From a virus, in IMG/VR virus record IMGVR_UViG_3300042924_005659: 64,000 nt of DNA; one strand, given 5' to 3'. Shown in pieces: positions 17,722 to 25,361 of the stretch. The notes beneath the pieces are model-generated. The model had not been told where the DNA came from. It saw only the letters and a list, made by a program, of their open reading frames with translations, and made no database searches. Each line of letters begins with the position of its first letter. The first letter of the stretch is position 1. The position numbers and the translations under genes were made by a program.

Positions 17722-18469
17722 ATCCGCACAGTACAACCTACTTCGTTATTATCTAATGCAAAAGCTTGCTGCAGAATGTGACTGCGGTATGGATGAAGAA
17801 AGTTGCGACTGCGAGGAGTGCAGCAAAAAAGCCTTTCTAGGCTTATTTAGCAGCGATCCCAGTCCTAACGAAATCTCTATTCCTGACCCTTCTGATAGTG
17901 ACGATCCTGACGTTGAAGTAGAGAAGTCCCTTAAAAATTTAGGCTTTACCGATATTCAACGCCACATGTTTACTCCTTACGTGAATCCATTTACGGCGAA
18001 GGGCCCGGATGGAAAATACTACACGATAGATTTAGATGAAGATGAAAATGTTTGGAGGTCTAAATCTATCAGCGATATGTACGGAGTAGATTCTGTTGCA
18101 GATCTTCCCGATCCGTACAATAGATCTGAGCCTAGATTGGTGCGTTATGCAAGTAAAAAAGCAGATACTTCTTTATTGACTGCTAGTCTTTTAAAGTGGG
18201 CGGCCTCTTCTCCAGCCTGGCAGCGTTCCGAGGGTAAGAACCCGGAGGGTGGTCTCAACGCCAAGGGCAGAGCTAGCTACAACAAGGCTACTGGTGGCAA
18301 CCTGAAGCCTCCGGTGAGCGCTGAGGCTGCCGATAAGAGTCCAGCCAAGGCCAAGCGTCGTAGCAGCTTCTGTGCCCGTTCTGACGGCCAGCGTCGCATG
18401 CACAACATCGATTGCTCCAAGACTCCAGACAAGAGAATCTGCTTGGCCAGAAAGAAATGGGACTGCTGA
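17714..18469 (+). CDS. Modular protein with five K-x-A motifs and a C-terminal DUF6321-like domain
   Basis: ATG 17714 follows an AAGGA SD. C-terminal KNPEGGLNAKGRASYN...RRSSFCARS...RICLARKKWDC, recalled as DUF6321. Confidence 0.75.
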   Translation: MNKSAQYNLLRYYLMQKLAAECDCGMDEESCDCEECSKKAFLGLFSSDPSPNEISIPDPSDSDDPDVEVEKSLKNLGFTDIQRHMFTPYVNPFTAKGPDGKYYTIDLDEDENVWRSKSISDMYGVDSVADLPDPYNRSEPRLVRYASKKADTSLLTASLLKWAASSPAWQRSEGKNPEGGLNAKGRASYNKATGGNLKPPVSAEAADKSPAKAKRRSSFCARSDGQRRMHNIDCSKTPDKRICLARKKWDC

Positions 18470-18538
18470 TAGTTTTAAAAATTTCAGCACTTGACAGCCA
18501 GCTCTTTGAAGCTGGCTGCTCTTTATAGGGGTTTACTC

Positions 18539-19588
18539 ATGGCTATATTAAAGACATATATTCCAACCGTACACGACATTCACACTTACGCCTATCCTGC
18601 TACTTTAAATCCCAGACTGGATGCAAGTCCGTTTGGCTTAAATTCAAAATGCCACGCTGCTCATATTCTGTGGAACGGCGTAAGCATACGTCCTAGAGCA
18701 TTCTGCAGAACGATAGGCACTGTATTTCAAACTGGTTGGACTGCCCCATACGAAGCAGAGAACATTAACTTCTGGAATACCTGCAATCCCACAGCTGTTT
18801 TGATATCCCCTAAGCATGCTTTGATATGCCAGCACTATAGAGGTACTCATGACAGACCCGAGGAGTACTACACCTTCTTAGGACGCTCAGGTACCTTCTA
18901 CACAGGCAGAGTCTCAAAGGCTTATTTAAACATAGGCCCAGACCATACTCTCATCGAGTTTCAAGAGCCGTTTATTACTGACGTCCCGTGCTATTCAAAA
19001 ATTGCCGATATAAAGTACATTCCAGCAGGCACTCCTCTTTGGATTCATGAGTGCAACGGCAAAGCTTACAAGATGCTTTTTGGTCAGGCTCAACTTAGCA
19101 CTGCCGGATCTGCAGTTCAGTACACGTACAATCCTAGCCTTGATCCGATTAACATCGGTATTACTGCAAACGGGTGGCCTGCTATATTTGGAGGAGACAG
19201 CGGATCGCCAACCTTTATTGACTACAACGGTACTACTATTTTTGTAGGTCTATTGCACGGCGGCATGCAGGTAAACGATGTAGAGCTAGCTGCTATAAAC
19301 GCAGTATTGCAGCCTCAAGGTTATTCCGTAGAGCATTTTAAAATTTCTGCTAAGCCTGCTGATTTAAATCAGGATGGATTAGTGGATGGCTCTGATCTTG
19401 CTCAGATCATTGGCGCCTGGGGCAATGGATCTGCCCTTGCTGATTTAAATAAAGATGGAGTGGTAGACTCTGCTGACCTATCCGAGTTGCTTGCGTCATG
19501 GGGAGCGTACGTCATGCAGACAAATTTCTTCAAACCTCCGACTACTGTTCAGCCTGACAACAGCACGAATACCAAACCTAAATCTTAA
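18539..19588 (+). CDS. Trypsin-like serine protease with a C-terminal dockerin domain
   Basis: Triad candidates LISPKHALICQH, DHTLIEF and GGDSGSP. Duplicated Ca-binding repeat DLNQDGLVDGSDL...WG / DLNKDGVVDSADL...WG. Confidence 0.85.
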   Translation: MAILKTYIPTVHDIHTYAYPATLNPRLDASPFGLNSKCHAAHILWNGVSIRPRAFCRTIGTVFQTGWTAPYEAENINFWNTCNPTAVLISPKHALICQHYRGTHDRPEEYYTFLGRSGTFYTGRVSKAYLNIGPDHTLIEFQEPFITDVPCYSKIADIKYIPAGTPLWIHECNGKAYKMLFGQAQLSTAGSAVQYTYNPSLDPINIGITANGWPAIFGGDSGSPTFIDYNGTTIFVGLLHGGMQVNDVELAAINAVLQPQGYSVEHFKISAKPADLNQDGLVDGSDLAQIIGAWGNGSALADLNKDGVVDSADLSELLASWGAYVMQTNFFKPPTTVQPDNSTNTKPKS

Positions 19589-19770
19589 ACGTTCGCTTAC
19601 ATACACAACATGCCTATACTTTTTGAGGTACCGGGCTGTTGCACGACTTCTATGAACTGTTACAATGCTACTAGTCACCTTGAGTAAAGTAAGTGACTAA
19701 TTAGCTTATGTCGCGCTTGCATTAGGCAAGGCAGCAAGACTCAAGCAATTTAAATTAAATAGGAGGTTTT

Positions 19771-19968
19771 ATGGAAGTAAAACCAGGTACCAAAACTACT
19801 GAGTTTTGGGTGGCCTTGGCTCCGGTCCTTGCTGGACTGGTAGAGGGTGTACGTGGAGACCCCGTCAATAACCGCTATCTAATGGTATGCGGAACTGTAC
19901 TTGGCGCTTTATACATATGCAGCCGCACTGTCGTAAAGTATATTTCAAATAAATCGGAGTCAAAATGA
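19771..19968 (+). CDS. Small two-helix membrane protein, holin-like
   Basis: 65 aa. KPGTKTTEFW start, two hydrophobic segments, basic tail. SD AGGAGG. Confidence 0.55.
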   Translation: MEVKPGTKTTEFWVALAPVLAGLVEGVRGDPVNNRYLMVCGTVLGALYICSRTVVKYISNKSESK

Positions 19969-21215
19969 TTAGACTGTTTTCTTTACTGTTGGTTTTAGCT
20001 GTTTCTTTTTCTTCGTACGGACAGACTCTTACTGAAAACGCCAATGGCACATCTACTTTGTCTCAGGGTACGACGTCCTACGTAATAGATTCTGCCAAGA
20101 AGTTTAAAGTTACCCTGAGTAGTGATTACAGCAACGAGACTCAAGCTGGACTTAAGCGCAACGGAATTATTGCATATAGAGATGCTTTTATAGAAGTCTC
20201 AGTGCAGATGGCGGCTTTGCCATCTACTCCTACTGGTAGTGCTCCTTATCAAGTATGGAGATCTTCTGATATTTTGATCTCCTACGATGCACAAAAGTTA
20301 GAGTTTGTATCGTGGTCATCTGATCACTTTATGACTGATAAGTCCGTAATAGATGTGGCTAAGTCAGGTGCCTCTGAATGGATTCCTGGGCTAGTGCAAG
20401 TTCACGCACAGTGTCTAAAGGCTCCGGAATCTAGAATTCCTGCCTTACGACGTCAGCCCTTTCAATGGAATTTTGGAGGCTTTATCTGGAGAGAGCAGAA
20501 CAGCCGACAATTAGGCAGACTTAAATTTAAAGTAAAGGGTGATTTCTATTACCCCGAGTCTTTGGCTACTCACATCACTGCTGTAGCCCAGGCGCAATTG
20601 CCAGACGGCTCGTCTGTTAACTCCAAGATCGACGGAGGTATCAGTACAGGCAACAACGTAATTGGGCCAATTCAAAACGACGTCAATAAAATTGCGTTTG
20701 GGCCAAGCCCTGAATCAAAAGTAAATCTTACTCTTAAGGGTCCTGCTACTCCCGTCAAGGCAGGAGATGATTTTGCAGTTCAAATAATCACTACTCCGGA
20801 TTCCGCCCCTCAAGTAATTTGGAGCGTGTCCTCTATCTTCATTTGGGACTCTTCCAAACTTGCTTTATTAGGAATGGATAAGACGGGAGCCAAGGCGTCT
20901 ATCTTCTCTAAGTTCATGCCTGGGGGTTTAAACGAATCCGAGGTTCCTCAGGATGGAAACGCTCAGCATTTGTTTGGAGCTCAGCTTGGAGATAAACGCC
21001 CTATAGCAGGAGATACTTTGATTGTCACCCTAAGATTCAAGGCTCTGCAGGATTTTACAGACACTAAAATTGAGCTGGTGTCTAGATCTGATCCTAGGCT
21101 ATCAGGCGTATCTATTATCGACGAATGCGGAGTCATAGGTAGCGTAGTGGCCGGAAAGTCTGTTACCGGAACTTTGACTTCGGCTGTCATTCGCGGTGTA
21201 GCTGCCCAGCCATGA
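19965..21215 (+). CDS. Secreted protein with two cohesin-like beta-sandwich domains
   Basis: Signal peptide MIRLFSLLLVLAVSFSSYG. Repeats ISYDAQKLEFV...LGRLKFKV and VKAGDDFAV...WDSSKLALLG...GLNESEVPQDG...IVTLRFKAL. Confidence 0.7.
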   Translation: MIRLFSLLLVLAVSFSSYGQTLTENANGTSTLSQGTTSYVIDSAKKFKVTLSSDYSNETQAGLKRNGIIAYRDAFIEVSVQMAALPSTPTGSAPYQVWRSSDILISYDAQKLEFVSWSSDHFMTDKSVIDVAKSGASEWIPGLVQVHAQCLKAPESRIPALRRQPFQWNFGGFIWREQNSRQLGRLKFKVKGDFYYPESLATHITAVAQAQLPDGSSVNSKIDGGISTGNNVIGPIQNDVNKIAFGPSPESKVNLTLKGPATPVKAGDDFAVQIITTPDSAPQVIWSVSSIFIWDSSKLALLGMDKTGAKASIFSKFMPGGLNESEVPQDGNAQHLFGAQLGDKRPIAGDTLIVTLRFKALQDFTDTKIELVSRSDPRLSGVSIIDECGVIGSVVAGKSVTGTLTSAVIRGVAAQP

Positions 21216-21601
21216 CTCCTTATCACTACAACGTACTTCAGGTCATGCGAGTAGTAGACGGAGATACTGTCGATATGCTGTTGGATCTGGGCTTCTCTAT
21301 TTCCATTAAACAAAGAGTAAGGTTGAAAGGAGTCGACGCTCCTGAGATACTTACTAAAGATGCGACCGAGCGCAAGATGGGCTACGAAGCCAAGGCATTT
21401 TTGGAAAGAAAGCTAATGCAGAATGGCAAACTTAAAGTAAGCACCTTCAAAGATGACAAGTATGGGCACCCTCTTGCCGTCATCTACATGGAAGGTGAGG
21501 AAGCCTCGATCAATCAGCAGATGCTTGAACTTGGCTACGTATGGGCCTATGACGGGGGCAGCAAGATAAAAGACCTGGAATCTCTAAGAAAACCCGAATA
21601 A
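21212..21601 (+). CDS. Thermonuclease (SNase-like) family nuclease
   Basis: RVVDGDTV, RVRLKGVDAPE, DKYG.LA, INQQML.GY motifs. Confidence 0.92.
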   Translation: MTPYHYNVLQVMRVVDGDTVDMLLDLGFSISIKQRVRLKGVDAPEILTKDATERKMGYEAKAFLERKLMQNGKLKVSTFKDDKYGHPLAVIYMEGEEASINQQMLELGYVWAYDGGSKIKDLESLRKPE

Positions 21602-21617
21602 GGAATCTTAGATATCT

Positions 21618-21658
21618 AAAAAAAAGACAGGAGGGCGGGTGCGCCCTCCTGCTTTTTT
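21618..21658. terminator. Bidirectional terminator between convergent operons
   Basis: 10-bp stem CAGGAGGGCG/CGCCCTCCTG flanked by an A run and a T run. Confidence 0.85.
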
Positions 21659-21714
21659 AACCCCATACAAACCCGTTAAGAACATATGGGGTTAAGTCGG
21701 GGCGGGGTTGGTTG

Positions 21715-22248
21715 TTACTGGACAGTGATCAGGTCTCCGTCAACGACGACCTTCTTAGCATCGTCCAGGAGGCGGAGGGCCTGGCCGACTTGGTACGGGG
21801 TCAGCCGTTGCTTTGCAGCATGGCGTCGTAGATCTGTCCGGGCGATCTTCCCCTTGGCCGCATGGGCTTGGATCAGACCTAAAACAGCCTCGCTAACAGA
21901 GACCCGGGCGCTTGCACGCTTCTTATTGCTGGAGAGGACTCCCAGCAGCCGGAGCAGGTTGCCGACGGTGAGAGGAGATGTGCCGAGCTCTTCGGCTATA
22001 TCGACTGCTGTTTTGCCTGCCTTGTACTGAGCCTTGACCCAGTTCTTCTGAGCGGCGCTCCAGCGGTATGGCCGGTGTCGGGTGTTCAACTTTCCTGGAA
22101 AGTCACTAGCAGCCTTGGCAGTTGACTGCTTGGGCTTGTCGTCCACGTCCTTCAGCAAAGACCGCAGGCACAGACCTGCGGCTTTGCATCTTGCGGACAA
22201 AGACTCGATCTCATTTAGGATCGACCTCAATTCTTTAAAAGTCGTCAT
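21715..22248 (-). CDS. Basic hypothetical protein with an HTH-like segment
   Basis: KTAVDIAEELGTSPLTVGN is HTH-like. ATG 22248 follows AAGGA. Confidence 0.6.
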   Translation of the reverse strand: MTTFKELRSILNEIESLSARCKAAGLCLRSLLKDVDDKPKQSTAKAASDFPGKLNTRHRPYRWSAAQKNWVKAQYKAGKTAVDIAEELGTSPLTVGNLLRLLGVLSSNKKRASARVSVSEAVLGLIQAHAAKGKIARTDLRRHAAKQRLTPYQVGQALRLLDDAKKVVVDGDLITVQ

Positions 22249-22337
22249 AACGGGTTCCTTATCTGCAGACGTTTTCGTCGCTGTAAGCACCTGCTTACAA
22301 CGCCGTGCCTCCTCGTCTGCCAGAAGGAGGACTATGA

Positions 22338-22370
22338 AAGAAGCCGACAGAGCTTTCGCCCTGCCGACTT
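22338..22370 (-). terminator. Terminator with a GAAA tetraloop
   Basis: GTCGGCAGGGC-GAAA-GCTCTGTCGGC-TTCTTT on the - strand. Confidence 0.7.
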
Positions 22371-22388
22371 CGGAAACAAATGCGCCGG

Positions 22389-22619
22389 TTACCTGCGCTC
22401 CAACAGCTTGAGCAGCAGGTCTTTTTCAATCTCAAGGCGTTCGATGCGCTTTCGAAGCCTGGCTATCTCCTCCCGAGAACGAGCGACTTCGTCGCTGTAC
22501 TCACGGAGGAGTGGGTTTATGGGACGTACAGGTTCTAGGTCCTGCTCTACCTCTATCTGCTTAGGCTGCACTGCTGCCTCCTTCAGATCGGTAATCGTGC
22601 CAGAACGGATCGTCTCCAT
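22389..22619 (-). CDS. Small coiled-coil protein
   Basis: 76 aa. Heptad-like C-terminus EIARLRKRIERLEIEKDLL. Confidence 0.6.
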   Translation of the reverse strand: METIRSGTITDLKEAAVQPKQIEVEQDLEPVRPINPLLREYSDEVARSREEIARLRKRIERLEIEKDLLLKLLERR

Positions 22620-22959
22620 TGAAGGGATCGTTCTCTCCCATCAAGTGCTTGGTTGACTCCGTGGGTGTGTTCGGAGTGTTCTCCGCATTGGGTTCCAACA
22701 GGCCCATAAGCCTCAGGAGATCCTCCTGGAAGATGATCGGCCTATAGCACTTCATCAGCATTGCGGTCCTCTTCTTGGCCTGCTCGTATGAGCATCTGTG
22801 AATTACGCCATCCACCACGATTGCCGAAGATGCCTGAGGATCCTTCGACAGTAGCGTCTTCAGCCCTGGTGTTCGAATTGCGCACGCCAGATCTGTATGG
22901 TGGACTAAACGCCATCCGCGAGGTCCATCGCCATGGTTGAGAGTTAGGCAGATGTACAT
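22561..22959 (-). CDS. Hypothetical protein
   Basis: 132-aa ORF coupled to the upstream gene. Confidence 0.5.
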   Translation of the reverse strand: MYICLTLNHGDGPRGWRLVHHTDLACAIRTPGLKTLLSKDPQASSAIVVDGVIHRCSYEQAKKRTAMLMKCYRPIIFQEDLLRLMGLLEPNAENTPNTPTESTKHLMGENDPFNGDDPFWHDYRSEGGSSAA

Positions 22960-23384
22960 TACTCTGCCTCCTTCAGCTTCGCCTGCACCTTGGCCCAGTA
23001 GGCCTTGGTGCTGCTCTTACGGTGACCCTTGGGGCCACCGTTATGGATACGGGCCATGTCCTCCCAGCTGGCTCCCTTGGGAGCATAGCGGGCCATGTAG
23101 GCCTTGATGACCTCTCTCGCGTAGGCAGGATCCTTGACTGCCTGGTAGCCTCTGGCCTTGAGATCCTGGCGGTGTTCCACCGCGTCGAGCCAGTAGCTAT
23201 GCCAGATCTGATAGGCTCCAAGGGCTTTGCCCTTGTCGCCAACCGCATTGTTGGGGTCCTTTTCGGACCCAGTCTCCACCTTCTGGATGGCGTCCAGGAA
23301 GGTGTCCCAGGTCTGAGCCTGGGCGGTGGTGGGAACGGCGAGGTACAGCATCATCGCCACGATGATTCCAATAACAGGCTTCAT
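22959..23384 (-). CDS. Signal-peptide-bearing i-type (destabilase-like) lysozyme / muramidase
   Basis: MKPVIGIIVAMMLYLAVPTTAQA signal. AIQKVETG, GAYQIW..YW.DA and ARIHNGGP motifs. Confidence 0.8.
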   Translation of the reverse strand: MKPVIGIIVAMMLYLAVPTTAQAQTWDTFLDAIQKVETGSEKDPNNAVGDKGKALGAYQIWHSYWLDAVEHRQDLKARGYQAVKDPAYAREVIKAYMARYAPKGASWEDMARIHNGGPKGHRKSSTKAYWAKVQAKLKEAE

Positions 23385-23388
23385 TGCA

Positions 23389-23448
23389 TTTGTTTCCTGT
23401 TGCTGATGAGAAGTCCTGTCGGAACGCCCGACAGGTAAAACCCGAACT
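23389..23448 (-). repeat. Repeated ~60-bp leader, copy A (hairpin plus SD)
   Basis: TTTGTTTCCTGTTGCTG...CCTGTCG-N7-CGACAGG-TAAAACCC; near-identical to 23697..23756. Confidence 0.85.
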
Positions 23449-23692
23449 ACTTCAAGTAGTCTGGGGAATATACGTACCATCCCGCGTCGGGGATCTGTTC
23501 ATCCCCAGGCGGAAACACTTCCGCATAGAACTGCAGTTTGGGACTTTCTCCCAAAAGCGGGTATCCGTCTCTCACTCCTAATCGGGGAGAGAGATGCCGT
23601 ACTCGCTGCAAATGCCTTTTCGCACCCCTTCCAGTGCGAAATAGCAAATTGATTCGTCCGTCGTCCTTGTCTTTGAATTGAACGCAATACAT
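23447..23692 (-). CDS. Hypothetical protein
   Basis: 81 aa, bracketed by the two repeated leaders. Confidence 0.6.
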   Translation of the reverse strand: MYCVQFKDKDDGRINLLFRTGRGAKRHLQRVRHLSPRLGVRDGYPLLGESPKLQFYAEVFPPGDEQIPDAGWYVYSPDYLK

Positions 23693-23696
23693 GTTT

Positions 23697-23756
23697 TTTG
23701 TTTCCTGTTGCTGTTGAAAATCCTGTCGTAACGGTCGACAGGTAAAAACCCAAACT
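23697..23756 (-). repeat. Repeated ~60-bp leader, copy B
   Basis: Same 7-bp stem and flanks as copy A, with a different 7-nt loop. Confidence 0.85.
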
Positions 23757-23897
23757 CCTTACCTCGCGGAGCCTGGGTCGAGGGGGAAAAGATGCGGTTT
23801 AATAAGCCTCCCGCTGGAGTTCAACACTCAACAGCGGGGGCCTTGGGGGTTCTGAAAAGACCCACAACCCCCACCGGGATTGCAGGCCGTAGATGTA

Positions 23898-23971
23898 TGG
23901 GCCGGGTGGGATTCGAACCCACGCCTTATCGATTATGAGTCGACGGCTCTAGACCGCTGAGCTACCAGCCC
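23898..23971 (-). tRNA. tRNA with CAU anticodon, probably Ile2 (lysidine type); elongator Met not excluded
   Basis: GTCGA-CTCATAA-TCGAT arm resembles bacterial Ile2. G1-C72 is paired and there are no three G-C pairs, so it is not an initiator. Confidence 0.9.
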
Positions 23972-23978
23972 AAAGTTG

Positions 23979-24691
23979 AAGGTTGCTAGGCGCCGGCCGG
24001 ACGCTTTGCTCAGATAGACCTTCCGCTACCCCACACTATCCCGCAGTGGAGCGTCGATTGTTTCCTATGCAATTGCTCCATGTGCCGGTATCGCTCCGGT
24101 CCGTTATATACATGGACTGCCGCAGGTAGAAGAGAGTCGGTGTTACCCGGCCCCACAGGGGCCCTTCTCCCAATGCCTAGTATACTTGGCATCGGTTTGC
24201 TTGCGACAGCTGCTGTGGTTTAGTGCCAAGATTCCAGATCTGACTTGGCGTTTGTAGAGGTGTACCTTAGATAATAAGGCTCTACACTTTGTTGCGTTTC
24301 AAGGGGGATCAGCCAACCTTTGGTACCGAGGTGCAACTGGCTTCGGCAGACTTGACAGAGTGCGCAATCCGACGGGTTGCGCCAACGTCTACTCAACCAC
24401 ATTAGCCTGTCTTCATGTGGTAGCCTGAGCAAGCTTCAACGGGCCTAAACCCTCCACTGGCTCAAGACGGTTAATTTACGATTCAGGTTCCGTAGTCCTG
24501 AATCCCGGAGATGTGTTCGTCTCCGACCCAGACTCCTATTAACCCGGAAGTCGCGAGTTGCCATTCTCGTATGGCTGCCACTCGAGCGGAGTGACGTGTA
24601 CGGAGGAGCTCAGGTGCACCTAGCCCTCAAGTAATGCTCCTACTGAAGAAGCATAGCTTGAGGGCCAGGCCGTAGTCGTCCTACGGCCTGG
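23979..24691 (-). ncRNA. Candidate large (~715 nt) multi-domain structured ncRNA directly upstream of the tRNA; strand not certain
   Basis: No credible ORF. At least 15 helices, including nested long-range ones (23979-87/24311-20, 24329-35/24615-21, 24424-30/24608-14, 24469-75/24538-44). Confidence 0.65.
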
Positions 24692-24698
24692 TTCCTCT

Positions 24699-25040
24699 TC
24701 AGTTAGCAGAAACTGCAGCGGCAGCGGCATCCAGATCTCGGATGTCTCGCAGCCTAGTTTCCAGCATTTGCAGCGAGTACTGAATGTCTGAGCCTCGCGC
24801 TTCTCGCGCTTCTGGAGTCAGCTCCAGCCATTTCTTGACAGCTTCCTTGGAGCCGAATGCAGACATAGGCAGACAATACTGCACTAGGTCCACAATCTCT
24901 TCAAGGCATTGCCAGTTGTAGCTGTCCAGGCTGCGCTTGGCCTGGAATAGATCCCCTTCTAGTACAGCTCGAATGCCGGATCCGGGGGAAATACCGTTCT
25001 TGACATAACGCATCAGACCCTCAACTATCGCTACTCGCAT
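24699..25040 (-). CDS. Conserved phage hypothetical protein
   Basis: EGLMRYV..GI.PGS..RAVLEGDL...GS.EAV..W pattern. SD AAGGAG before ATG 25040. Confidence 0.7.
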   Translation of the reverse strand: MRVAIVEGLMRYVKNGISPGSGIRAVLEGDLFQAKRSLDSYNWQCLEEIVDLVQYCLPMSAFGSKEAVKKWLELTPEAREARGSDIQYSLQMLETRLRDIRDLDAAAAAVSAN

Positions 25041-25275
25041 GCATTTATCTCCTTTCAATGAAGATCGTAGGAGGTCCAAGCGTGTGCCTGGGCCTCGTGG
25101 CGAACCACATCGATGGGTTTCAACCTACGCAGATGCCTAATACCACCTGCAGTAAGCTCCGTTCTCGTAGGAGGCTACTCGGACCGTAGCTGGTCGTATG
25201 CTTCAACACCCACTATCGATTAGATAAAATGGGCTGTAAGCGGCCCTCTGAAAAGCTACTGAAGAGGACTATGTC

Positions 25276-25304
25276 ATGTTACCCCATATATGCTGTATTT
25301 TTAG
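25276..25304 (-). promoter_or_regulatory. Putative promoter (CTAAAA-N17-TAACAT) upstream of the ncRNA/tRNA operon
   Basis: Matches the repeated motif and follows terminator 25322..25350. Confidence 0.55.
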
Positions 25305-25321
25305 CGTATAAAATGAGGTAT

Positions 25322-25350
25322 AAAAAAGCCCTTCTTTTGATCGAAGGGCT
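25322..25350 (-). terminator. Rho-independent terminator
   Basis: AGCCCTTC/GAAGGGCT stem followed by TTTTT. Confidence 0.75.
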
Positions 25351-25361
25351 AACTTGCAAGC

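Noticed and set aside
19589-19770. Riboswitch in the leader of the holin-like gene
   Set aside because: Only short alternative hairpins (TAGTCAC/GTGACTA, CTTGAGT/ACTCAAG) with no recognisable aptamer.
23979-24691. tmRNA, RNase P RNA or group II intron; also the ORFs 24010..24192 and 24220..24432
   Set aside because: No tmRNA acceptor/T-arm ends, no RNase P P4 consensus and no domain V. The small ORFs have non-ATG starts, no SD and no protein-like features. A group I intron was not recognised but cannot be excluded by eye.
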